Origin: a virus
Lineage: Duplodnaviria > Caudoviricetes
Direction: 5' to 3' (one strand)
IMG/VR virus record: IMGVR_UViG_3300045450_000252
Span: 1-64,000 of that record
DNA length: 64,000 nt
The notes under the pieces were generated by a model. That model was not told where the DNA came from, searched no databases, and was given only the letters and a program-made list of their open reading frames with translations. This document shows, one piece after another, positions 17,085 to 25,161 of this stretch. The position numbers and the translations under genes were made by a program. Every line of letters starts with the position of its first letter. Position 1 is the stretch's first letter.

Positions 17085-17270
17085 TCATATATCCCCTTTT
17101 TGCCCCCGGTAATTACCGCAACAGGTTAGCGCAAGCTGGGGTCATTTCCGGCGCGATGAGACGAAAAAACCGAAAAAACGGGCAAAATCTGCGTTTCCAG
17201 CGCGCTGGGGCACTTTGCCGTGAGACTGGCTTTTCGAGGCCCGCCGCAGGAGTCCTGATAGGGTAGTTGT
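17085..17270. other. Conserved non-coding block between terL and portal operon
   Basis: Alignable to 59355..59510 (ATATCCCC, GCCCCCGG, GCAAGC.GGGG, TGAGAC, GTTTCCAGCGCGC). Confidence 0.5.
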
Positions 17271-17282
17271 CGGCTTTTTTGT

Positions 17283-17317
17283 GTCCTTTCGCTGGCCGGC
17301 CGCGGCGGGGAATTTCG
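17283..17317 (+). promoter_or_regulatory. Late-promoter-like motif, site 4 (portal operon)
   Basis: TTTTTTGT-GTCCTTT...GAATTTCG, 34-bp spacing. Confidence 0.65.
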
Positions 17318-17324
17318 TGGCACC

Positions 17325-17669
17325 ATGGACCCAAAACCTACCATTCCCCTGAAGGCCGTGCTGGCCGCGATGGCGGCCGCCGTCGAGCCCTTCGACCTGC
17401 GCTACGTCAAGCTCAACGAGCAGAAAGGTACCGGTGGCGAGGTAGTGCCGCTGACCGGGCAACTGCTCAGCGGCAAGGGCGCGGGCCAGCAGCTGGCCCC
17501 GGCCCAGCCCGCCGCCCCGGCCGAGGAGTCGGCTCCGGCCGCCGGCCGTCGCGACCCCCACCACCACGCCAACATGACGCGCAACCTGAAGAGCACCCTC
17601 AACGGCCGCTACACCAAGGTGCACATCTATCTCATCACCGAATTCAACGGTAAAAAGGTCATTATCTGA
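17325..17669 (+). CDS. Conserved phage protein upstream of portal
   Basis: Homolog at 59582..59968 (H..N.TRNL, K.HIYL.T). Confidence 0.8.
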   Translation: MDPKPTIPLKAVLAAMAAAVEPFDLRYVKLNEQKGTGGEVVPLTGQLLSGKGAGQQLAPAQPAAPAEESAPAAGRRDPHHHANMTRNLKSTLNGRYTKVHIYLITEFNGKKVII

Positions 17670-19000
17670 TGTCTGTTCACGTTACCCCCGACCTCTCCTT
17701 TGGCTACGTGGACGGTCTCGGCGCGCTCGTGCGCACCGGTGCCGGCAGCCAGGGCGCGCCCGGCGCTGCTGCCGCCGTCTCGCTCACCAAGCAGAGCAGC
17801 GGCAGCAGCGACGTGGCTTTCTGGGGGCCGGATAACGGCTTTCCGCAACAGGTAGTGGCCGATGCCGAGGCCAACACGTCGCTGGCCACCATGCTCAACT
17901 GGAAAGCCAAGGCCTGGTACGGCGGCGGCCTCTGCTACGGCCTGGTGAGCTACGACGAGGCCGGCGAGGAAGTCTTCAAGCAGGTGCGCCTGCCGCAGGT
18001 CGAGGAGTTCAGCCGCCGCTCCAACCTGGCCCGCTACGCGATGGAGGCCCTCATCGACATCAGCTGGTTCGGCCAGGCCTTCCCGGAGCTGATTCTGACC
18101 CGCAACCGCCAGGAAATCTACTCGGTGTCGGCCCTCGATACCACCTGGTGCCGCTACGCCAAGGCCAAACGGCCGCAAGACCTGATGAAGCAGGTGTACT
18201 ACAACGCCAACTGGACGACTGGCGGCCGCTTCGACGACGAGTACTGCACCCGCCTACCGGTGCTCGACCCCTACTATGACGCCGTGGCCGGCCTGAAGGC
18301 CCGCACCGACGGCTTCAGCTACGTCTACCCCATAGCTTTTCCCTCGCCGGACAAATCGGAATACCAGCTCGCCAGCTGGAATACCGTGCGCCGGTCGGGC
18401 TGGCTCGACATCGGCCGGGCGGTGGTCGAGTTCAAGAAGATGCTGCTCAAAAACATCCTCAACATCGAGTGGATGATTGAGATAAACCCGGCCTACTGGC
18501 ACTGGAAATACAAGGATTGGGACGAGAAAACCGACGACGAGCGGCGCACGCTCATGGCGGCCGAGTTGAAGAATTTTGGCGACGTGATGACGGGAAGTAA
18601 CGGGGCCGGCAAGTCCCTGATGACCACTACCGTCAAGGATAGCGCGGGCAACGACGTGGCCGCCTTCAAGGTCACGGCGCTCGACAAAAAAATGAAGGAG
18701 GGCCTCTTCAACGAGGACTCGCAGGAGTCAGCCAGCCACGTGTTCACCGCCGGCGGCGTGGCCCCCACGCTGATGGGCATCCAGCCGGGCAAAAACATGG
18801 GGGCCGGCAGTGGGAGCGACGCCCGGGTGGCCTTCAACAACTTCATCAGCACGAGCACTTTCGAGCAGCACCTGGTGCTGGAGGTGCTGCACTTCATCCG
18901 CGACTACAACGGCTGGCCCGAAAACCTGGAGTTCCGCTTCAAACAGCCCCTCATCATGACCCTGGACAAGGGCAAGCAAACTCAACAGCAGACCTCCTGA
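17669..19000 (+). CDS. Portal protein
   Basis: 443 aa after terL; WGP.N.FPQ and GAGSGSDARVAF motifs shared with 59972..61339. Confidence 0.8.
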   Translation: MSVHVTPDLSFGYVDGLGALVRTGAGSQGAPGAAAAVSLTKQSSGSSDVAFWGPDNGFPQQVVADAEANTSLATMLNWKAKAWYGGGLCYGLVSYDEAGEEVFKQVRLPQVEEFSRRSNLARYAMEALIDISWFGQAFPELILTRNRQEIYSVSALDTTWCRYAKAKRPQDLMKQVYYNANWTTGGRFDDEYCTRLPVLDPYYDAVAGLKARTDGFSYVYPIAFPSPDKSEYQLASWNTVRRSGWLDIGRAVVEFKKMLLKNILNIEWMIEINPAYWHWKYKDWDEKTDDERRTLMAAELKNFGDVMTGSNGAGKSLMTTTVKDSAGNDVAAFKVTALDKKMKEGLFNEDSQESASHVFTAGGVAPTLMGIQPGKNMGAGSGSDARVAFNNFISTSTFEQHLVLEVLHFIRDYNGWPENLEFRFKQPLIMTLDKGKQTQQQTS

Positions 19001-19005
19001 GTCCT

Positions 19006-20004
19006 ATGGCCACTCTCCTTATCGCCAATATCGACGAGTTCAAGCAGCACGTCGCCCTCAACGCCTCGACCGACGAGGATTACTTCGCCCTGCTCCAGCC
19101 CGACCTGCTGCTGGCCGAGCACGACCACCTGCGCCCCGCCCTGGGCGAGGACTTCTTCGACGAGCTGCTCGCCGCCGCCTCGGCCGAGGCCACCGAGCTG
19201 CGCCGGCTGCTGGCCTTCTCGCTGGCCAACCTCACGATGGTGTCGTTTCTGGACGTGGCCCAGGTGCAAATCAGTGGGAGCGGGGTGCAGATTATCAGCA
19301 CCGACCACGAGAAAACGGCCTTCCAGTGGCAGATAAACGCCCTCAAGGCCAACCTGAGCCGCAAGGGCTTCAACGGGTTGGAAAAGGCGCTGGCCTACCT
19401 GGAGCGGCACGCAGCCGACTTCCCCACCTGGGCCAGCTCCGAAACCGCCCAGCGCGCCCGGGGGCAGTTTATCGCCACGGCCAGCGAGTTCTCGACCTAC
19501 TACAACATCAGCAACGCCCGCCTCACCTTCCAGGCCCTGGCCTCGCTGCTGCCCAAAACCGAGAGCTTCCGGCTGGCCCCCGCCCTGGGCGCTGACTTCT
19601 TCGAGGAGCTGAAGCAGCAGCTGCGTACCGCCACGCTCACGCCCGAAAACGAGCAGCTCGTCACCGGTTACCTGCGCCCGGCGCTGGCCCACCTCACGAT
19701 GGCGCAGGCCATCGGCGAGCTGGGTTTCAGCCTCAACGGCCAGAACCTGGAGCTCAACGTCTACCGCTTCGACGACAGCAACAGCAAGGAGTCCGACCCG
19801 GGCCTGACGCAGCTGCTCGACATGAAGGCTGGCCAGGCCCTGCACGATGGCGAGCGCTACCTGCGCCGCCTCGTCACGCACCTCAACGCCACGGCATCCG
19901 CCACCCGCTACGCCACCTACTTCGCCAGCCCCACCTACGCCGCGCCGGCTGTGCCCAACTATCACACCACGAGCGCTTCCGCGCCACTTTTTCTAGGTTT
20001 TTAA
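19006..20004 (+). CDS. Head-tail connector-like protein (DUF6712-like)
   Basis: Follows portal; internal duplication; homolog at 61339..62364; family name recalled, not searched. Confidence 0.6.
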   Translation: MATLLIANIDEFKQHVALNASTDEDYFALLQPDLLLAEHDHLRPALGEDFFDELLAAASAEATELRRLLAFSLANLTMVSFLDVAQVQISGSGVQIISTDHEKTAFQWQINALKANLSRKGFNGLEKALAYLERHAADFPTWASSETAQRARGQFIATASEFSTYYNISNARLTFQALASLLPKTESFRLAPALGADFFEELKQQLRTATLTPENEQLVTGYLRPALAHLTMAQAIGELGFSLNGQNLELNVYRFDDSNSKESDPGLTQLLDMKAGQALHDGERYLRRLVTHLNATASATRYATYFASPTYAAPAVPNYHTTSASAPLFLGF

Positions 20005-20005
20005 G

Positions 20006-20353
20006 ATGGCTGAGAATACAACCGATAAAATCGAAATCAGCCAGCAGCAGACCCGTAACTGGATACTCGTGGGCGTGGTGGCCTTCCTCATGCTGCTCGT
20101 GCAGGGCCTCTACACCTTCGCCATCAACAGCACCGGCACCGAGCTGCGCGAAACTAACCGCAGCCTCGTCGAACTGCTGAGCACGGTAAAGGTGCACCAG
20201 GCCCAGCTGGACTATCAGCGCTCCGAAATCGCCGAGCTCAAGCAGGCCCGCAAGGATGCCGAGGCCACGCACAAGCTCCTCGACACCCGCCTTAACTCAG
20301 TCGAGCAGCGCGCCGCCCTGCACGACCAATGGATTCAAGCCCACAACCACTAA
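20006..20353 (+). CDS. Single-TM coiled-coil protein (lysis cassette)
   Basis: Hydrophobic WILVGVVAFLMLLVQGLY followed by heptad region. Confidence 0.7.
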   Translation: MAENTTDKIEISQQQTRNWILVGVVAFLMLLVQGLYTFAINSTGTELRETNRSLVELLSTVKVHQAQLDYQRSEIAELKQARKDAEATHKLLDTRLNSVEQRAALHDQWIQAHNH

Positions 20354-20372
20354 CCTTTTTTCAATCCCCTCC

Positions 20373-20780
20373 ATGCGCGCCTTCCTGCACGACCGCAACC
20401 CCCAAAATCTGGCCTGGCCCCAGCTGCTCTACGGCTGGCTGCTTCGCCACAACGAGCTACACCTGGCGGCGCTGCTCATGCTGCTGTGGTACCCCATCCA
20501 GCTGGCCTTTGCGTGGTACTTCCCCGACGCGGCCCCACTGAGCTCGACCCAGCTGCACAAGGTGCTGCTCACGGCCCTGGTCTTCGCCTTCGCCCACGGC
20601 TACCTCTGGCTGGGCCTGCGCTTCAACCTGCCCATCATCCCGCGCTGGCTGAAAAAGAACTTTACCACCACCTTCTTATCCCTTACCCCGTGGCAAAAAA
20701 TGCAGTTTTTCGCGTTCTTGTGGTCGGCCTATTTGCTCTGCTTTGCCATCATGTGGCATGGAGCGAGCCAGGCCGCCTAG
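20373..20780 (+). CDS. Multi-TM holin candidate
   Basis: Three hydrophobic segments; directly upstream of endolysin; near-identical to 62675..63082. Confidence 0.7.
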   Translation: MRAFLHDRNPQNLAWPQLLYGWLLRHNELHLAALLMLLWYPIQLAFAWYFPDAAPLSSTQLHKVLLTALVFAFAHGYLWLGLRFNLPIIPRWLKKNFTTTFLSLTPWQKMQFFAFLWSAYLLCFAIMWHGASQAA

Positions 20781-21271
20781 CGCCCGCGCCGCCCTCACCG
20801 GCTGTCCGCCAGGCCAACGCCCGGCGCATCCTCGACTGGGAGCGCTCGCAGCTGCCCGTACGCGAGCACGGCTACAATCGCGGCCCCGAGGTCGAGAGCT
20901 ACCAGCGCACCACCGGCAACGCGCCGGGCAGCGAGTGGTGCGGCTCGTTCCAAGCCACGGCCAACGCCCGCTGTGGGCTGCCTTTCCCTACGGCGGCCGG
21001 CGGCGCACGCTACTGGTTTCTGCTCACGAGCCCGCGCACCCTGTTTTTCCTGGGCGTGGTGGGCAGCGTGGAAGCCATCGAGCCCGGCGATAGGGTAGGG
21101 TTCTGGAGCCCCAGCGCCCGGCGCATCGGCCACATCGGTATCGTCGAGGCGAAGACCCGGCACGGCTTCACCACCATCGAAGGCAACACCGGCCGCCAGG
21201 CCAACGCCGGCGTGCACCGCCTCAGCCGGGGCCGGGGCGAAATCCACGCTGCTTCCAACTGGAGCTACTGA
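20690..21271 (+). CDS. CHAP-family endolysin with N-terminal signal-like segment
   Basis: NRGP.V..Y, EWCGSF (Cys), GHIGIV (His), TTIEGNT; GTG start inside upstream gene. Confidence 0.85.
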   Translation: MAKNAVFRVLVVGLFALLCHHVAWSEPGRLAPAPPSPAVRQANARRILDWERSQLPVREHGYNRGPEVESYQRTTGNAPGSEWCGSFQATANARCGLPFPTAAGGARYWFLLTSPRTLFFLGVVGSVEAIEPGDRVGFWSPSARRIGHIGIVEAKTRHGFTTIEGNTGRQANAGVHRLSRGRGEIHAASNWSY

Positions 21272-21273
21272 CC

Positions 21274-21642
21274 ATGAAAAACCGCTACCTCTTTGCCCTG
21301 CTCCTTGTGGCCAGCAGCTGCGAAACCACCCAGTACATTCCCGCCGCCGTCGATGCCAAGGTGGACTCGACCCTGCGCGCCGCCGGCATCGGCCCGCTCC
21401 AGGCCGGCAAAATCAAGATTGCCGGCAACGTCATTATAAATACCGGCCCGGGCGAGGTGCAGGTGGCCGACAACCGCAAGGCCGGCCAGAAGCAGGGCAG
21501 CGCCGCCACCGGCCCGGCCAGCCAGGCCGCGACCACGGCCAGGAACACGGGCCAACCGTGGCTGGCCTTTGCCGTGGTGGCCGTAGTAGGCCTGGCTGCC
21601 GGAGCCTGGCTGCGCGGCCAGCTGCCCCGCCTGCCGTTTTAA
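21274..21642 (+). CDS. Unimolecular spanin candidate
   Basis: N-terminal lipobox (ASSC) plus C-terminal TM (WLAFAVVAVVGLAAGAWL), directly after endolysin. Confidence 0.7.
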   Translation: MKNRYLFALLLVASSCETTQYIPAAVDAKVDSTLRAAGIGPLQAGKIKIAGNVIINTGPGEVQVADNRKAGQKQGSAATGPASQAATTARNTGQPWLAFAVVAVVGLAAGAWLRGQLPRLPF

Positions 21643-21665
21643 CCGCCAGTAGACGCTAACCACCC

Positions 21666-21695
21666 AGCCCGCCGGCCCTGCCGGCGGGCTTTTTT
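21666..21695 (+). terminator. Terminator after lysis cassette
   Basis: AGCCCGCCGGC-CCT-GCCGGCGGGCT-TTTTT. Confidence 0.85.
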
Positions 21696-21697
21696 CT

Positions 21698-21732
21698 GTC
21701 CTTTCAGACCGGTAATTACCAGGGGAATTTCG
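21698..21732 (+). promoter_or_regulatory. Late-promoter-like motif, site 5 (tail operon)
   Basis: GTCCTTT...GAATTTCG, 34-bp spacing; GGTAATTACC in spacer. Confidence 0.65.
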
Positions 21733-21753
21733 GGGCAAATCACCCTATTCCCC

Positions 21754-22554
21754 ATGCTCGACGCGCAATTTGGCCGGTATCGCCGCCGGCTGGCCACCAC
21801 CTGGAACGAGCTCACCGGCGCGCAGCTGCTGGCCGTGGTGGCCCTGCGCCAGCGCCCGCCCGCCCAGCCGGCGGCGCTGGCCGATGCCCTGCTGGCCATC
21901 CTGCTCGACCTGCCCGCCCGGTCCTTCGCCCGCCTCACCGTGGTGCAGCGCGTGGAGCTGCGCCCCCGCGTCCGGTTCCTGGCCACCACCGCCCCGGCGC
22001 TCACGGCCCAGCTGCTGCCCGAGCTCACGCTGCCCTTCCTGCGCTTCATCGAGGAGCCCCAGCGCTTCTACGGCCCCCGCGAAGCCTTCCGCAACCTGCG
22101 CTTCGACGAGTTCATCTTCGCCGATACCTACTACCTGCGCTACCTCCAGACCCAGCAAGCCAGCTGGCTCGACCAGCTCGTGGCCGTGCTCTACCGCCCC
22201 GAGCGCCGGCCCTACCGCCCCCGGGCCGTGGACTACGCCGGCGACCGGCGCGAGGACTTCAACGAGCACCTCGTGGCCGCCCGGGCCGCCCGGCTGGCCC
22301 ACCTGCCACTGGCCACCAAGCTCGCCGTGCTGCTCTACTACCAGGCCTGCCGCCGGCTGCTCGAGCAGCGCTACCCCTACGTCTTCAGCGACGACACCAC
22401 CCAGCAGGCCGGCACCGGCGGCTGGCAGGAGGTGCTGCACGAGCTGGCCGGCGGCGTGGTGCACCTCGAAGACACCGCCCACCAGGCGCTGCACAACGTG
22501 CTGCGCGAAATGAACCGCGTGCTGCGCCAGCACGCCGAACGTCAACCCGCCTGA
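21754..22554 (+). CDS. Phage tail-operon hypothetical protein
   Basis: 266 aa; strong coding bias. Confidence 0.75.
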   Translation: MLDAQFGRYRRRLATTWNELTGAQLLAVVALRQRPPAQPAALADALLAILLDLPARSFARLTVVQRVELRPRVRFLATTAPALTAQLLPELTLPFLRFIEEPQRFYGPREAFRNLRFDEFIFADTYYLRYLQTQQASWLDQLVAVLYRPERRPYRPRAVDYAGDRREDFNEHLVAARAARLAHLPLATKLAVLLYYQACRRLLEQRYPYVFSDDTTQQAGTGGWQEVLHELAGGVVHLEDTAHQALHNVLREMNRVLRQHAERQPA

Positions 22555-22567
22555 TTTCTGCTTACTT

Positions 22568-23113
22568 ATGCTTAATCAAACGACTTACTCCGAGCTGCTG
22601 CGCGACCTGGCTACGCGCCACGTGGACATTCGGCACAGCACCGCGCCCAAGGGCTGCCGCTACCAAAAGGTACTTGTGGCCGCCGACCCCATCCAGAAGC
22701 AGCTCAACCTGGCCAGCTTCTACGACAAGGCCAAAGCCAGCTGGCCCGGTACCGCCTCCTTCCTGCTGCAACTGAGCTACGATACGCTCTACGAGGATAC
22801 CGGCAGCGACCAGGTACTGGCCCATCGCCGGGGCGGCTTTATTGTGCTGCACAAGGCCAAGGACACCGAGGAGAGCCGCGATGAAGTGCTGACCCGCACC
22901 GAGCGCATCGGCCACGAGCTCATGGCGGCCGTGTGCGATTTCTTCCGGGGGCCGGCCGGCCGGCGCGCCGGGCGCGTGCTCCAGCGCTCCAGCATCGCGG
23001 CCGATGCCGTCGGCCCCATCGGTGACAATTTCTACGGCACCCGCTTCGAGTTCGACTTCACCGAGTCGGCCACGCTACTGCTGCAATTCAACCCCGCCAA
23101 ATTCCTTCCTTAA
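22568..23113 (+). CDS. Tail completion/terminator-like protein
   Basis: 181 aa in tail operon; function inferred from position only. Confidence 0.5.
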   Translation: MLNQTTYSELLRDLATRHVDIRHSTAPKGCRYQKVLVAADPIQKQLNLASFYDKAKASWPGTASFLLQLSYDTLYEDTGSDQVLAHRRGGFIVLHKAKDTEESRDEVLTRTERIGHELMAAVCDFFRGPAGRRAGRVLQRSSIAADAVGPIGDNFYGTRFEFDFTESATLLLQFNPAKFLP

Positions 23114-23115
23114 TT

Positions 23116-25161
23116 ATGGCCGGCGAATACTACGCACGCATAACCATCCAGGTCGCGCTCAGTTACGACGACAAGCTGCGTGCCACCCAGACCATTTCGG
23201 CCGGCTTCCTGCTGGCGGGGCAGTGGCAAACGTTTTACCGGGGCGGCAATGCCGGGCAGTTTACCGTGCCCGACCCCAACGACGTGGGCGACGAGTACGT
23301 GATGCAGGCCGTCAAGAGCCTGCTGGGCGTGCTCGGGCAGCGCATCTACAGCCTGGGCCTGCCCTACGTGGTGAGCGAGCCCCGCAAGGCGGGCACCGTC
23401 AACGAAACCGTGAACGCGGGGAGCTCTACCCTCGTGCTGCCCATCCCCGTGGTCGAGTTCGACATCACGGCCACCGACTACGGCCGGCAGTACAACCTCG
23501 ACTTCCGGCCGCACACCACCAGCGGCTTTGCCATCAGCCAGAATCAGGGCAGCGTTTCGCCCATTACGGCCACGGACGCCGTCACGCACGCCACCGTGTT
23601 CGGTCGGGCTGATGGGGCCATCACCGTCACGGCCAGCGGCGAGGCCCTGCCGGGCAGCCCCTTTTTTACCTACGCCTGGGACGATGGCTTTATCGGGGCC
23701 ACCCGCACGCAGCTGCGCGCCGGGCTCTACGCCTGCACCGTCCGGTATAGCACCGGGGCCAGCACGCGCCTGGTGGTCGAGGTCAAGCAAGACCCCGCGC
23801 TCGTGGTGACGGTCACCAACACGCCCAACTCCATCACCCTGCTCGTGAGCGGGGGCGTGGCCCCCTACGCCTACGCCTGGGCCGACGGCGACGTGACACC
23901 CGCCCGCACCAACCTGCCGGAGGGCACCTACCGGTGCGTGGTGACCGATGCCCACGGGGCGCAGGTGACGGTCGAGGTGGTGCTTTCCTTCAACAGCCGC
24001 TACTGGTTCGCGGGCAATCCCATCACGCTCAGCCTCGATGCCGGGCCGGCCTACCGCCTCGACCCCACCACCAAGCCCGGCCTGGGCTTCGTGTGCCAGG
24101 TCTGGGTCGAGCGGGAGTACCTGAGCGGCACCTTCGAGCCGGTGGGCCAAGAACTGGAGCAGCCCGCCGACGCCGCCGGCCGCACCACCTTCGAAGTGCA
24201 GGAGTTGCTCGAGCCCTTCGTGGCCCCCGTGGTGCCGGCCGTGGGCCAGGTCGCCGTGCAGCGCCAGGATGGCGCGTTCTGCCGCTTCTTCCTGCGCTAC
24301 TTTGAGCGCACCGCGCTCGGCGACGGGGCCGTAACTACCGTCAATACCAACTACCTGCTCACCGGCGGGCTCGACTACTGGGAGGCCGCGGTGGGCACGT
24401 GGTTCAACGGCTACCAACAGACGCACCTGCCCTTTCTGACGTGGGAGCCGGTGGTGAAAAAGGTGCTGCCCGACCAACCTGAGCACCTGTTTTTCATGCT
24501 CGTCACGCCCAACGTGGCCGCCTTCCGCTACCGCGCCCGCCTCACCTGGGCCGATGGCACCACTACCGAGGAGCTGCTGGCCGCCCGCGCTGGCCTGCTG
24601 CGCTACGAGGTGTTCTGCCTGCCCGCCGGCCCGCTCCAGCTCGACCTGCCATCGCGTGAGGCGCTGGCCGGCCAGCTCGTGGTGAGCTACGTGCTCGACG
24701 TGCTCGACGACGCGGGCCAGGCCCTGAGCGAGGCGCGCACCTTCGTGCTCGACCGCCGGCCCTGCCCCGTGCGCCGCTACTTTTTGTACACCAACTCGCT
24801 GGGCGGCTGGAATACGCTCGTGTGCCGGGGCCGGGCCTCGCGGGAGCTGGCCACCAGGACGAGCAGCAGCGAGAACGCCCGCGCCGCCGGCTACGACCCG
24901 CTGCGCGGCGAGCTGACCACCAGCCGGCGCACCGGTGCGCCGGTGCTCAAGTGCTACACCGGGCCACGCTCGGCCGGGCAGCTCGTGGCCGACAGCGACT
25001 TTATGCTCAGCGAGCGGGTGCTGCTGCTGGCCGGCGAGCGCTACCAGCCAGGCCAGGTGAAGGACCGCACCTACACGGTCTACGACGAGGACGAAACCCG
25101 GCGCGTGGTGCAGTTCGATTTCGAGCTGCCCCGCGAACGCTACCATACCCCCGCTTTATGA
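23116..25161 (+). CDS. Tail protein with SprB-like repeats
   Basis: DGAITVTASG...TYAW.DG...RT.L.AG.Y.CTV repeated twice. Confidence 0.7.
   Translation: MAGEYYARITIQVALSYDDKLRATQTISAGFLLAGQWQTFYRGGNAGQFTVPDPNDVGDEYVMQAVKSLLGVLGQRIYSLGLPYVVSEPRKAGTVNETVNAGSSTLVLPIPVVEFDITATDYGRQYNLDFRPHTTSGFAISQNQGSVSPITATDAVTHATVFGRADGAITVTASGEALPGSPFFTYAWDDGFIGATRTQLRAGLYACTVRYSTGASTRLVVEVKQDPALVVTVTNTPNSITLLVSGGVAPYAYAWADGDVTPARTNLPEGTYRCVVTDAHGAQVTVEVVLSFNSRYWFAGNPITLSLDAGPAYRLDPTTKPGLGFVCQVWVEREYLSGTFEPVGQELEQPADAAGRTTFEVQELLEPFVAPVVPAVGQVAVQRQDGAFCRFFLRYFERTALGDGAVTTVNTNYLLTGGLDYWEAAVGTWFNGYQQTHLPFLTWEPVVKKVLPDQPEHLFFMLVTPNVAAFRYRARLTWADGTTTEELLAARAGLLRYEVFCLPAGPLQLDLPSREALAGQLVVSYVLDVLDDAGQALSEARTFVLDRRPCPVRRYFLYTNSLGGWNTLVCRGRASRELATRTSSSENARAAGYDPLRGELTTSRRTGAPVLKCYTGPRSAGQLVADSDFMLSERVLLLAGERYQPGQVKDRTYTVYDEDETRRVVQFDFELPRERYHTPAL

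Noticed and set aside
20486-20689. Longer N-terminus of the P1 endolysin from the ORF track
   Set aside because: Not open as an ORF start in P2 and lies wholly within the holin gene; the conserved start is GTG 20690
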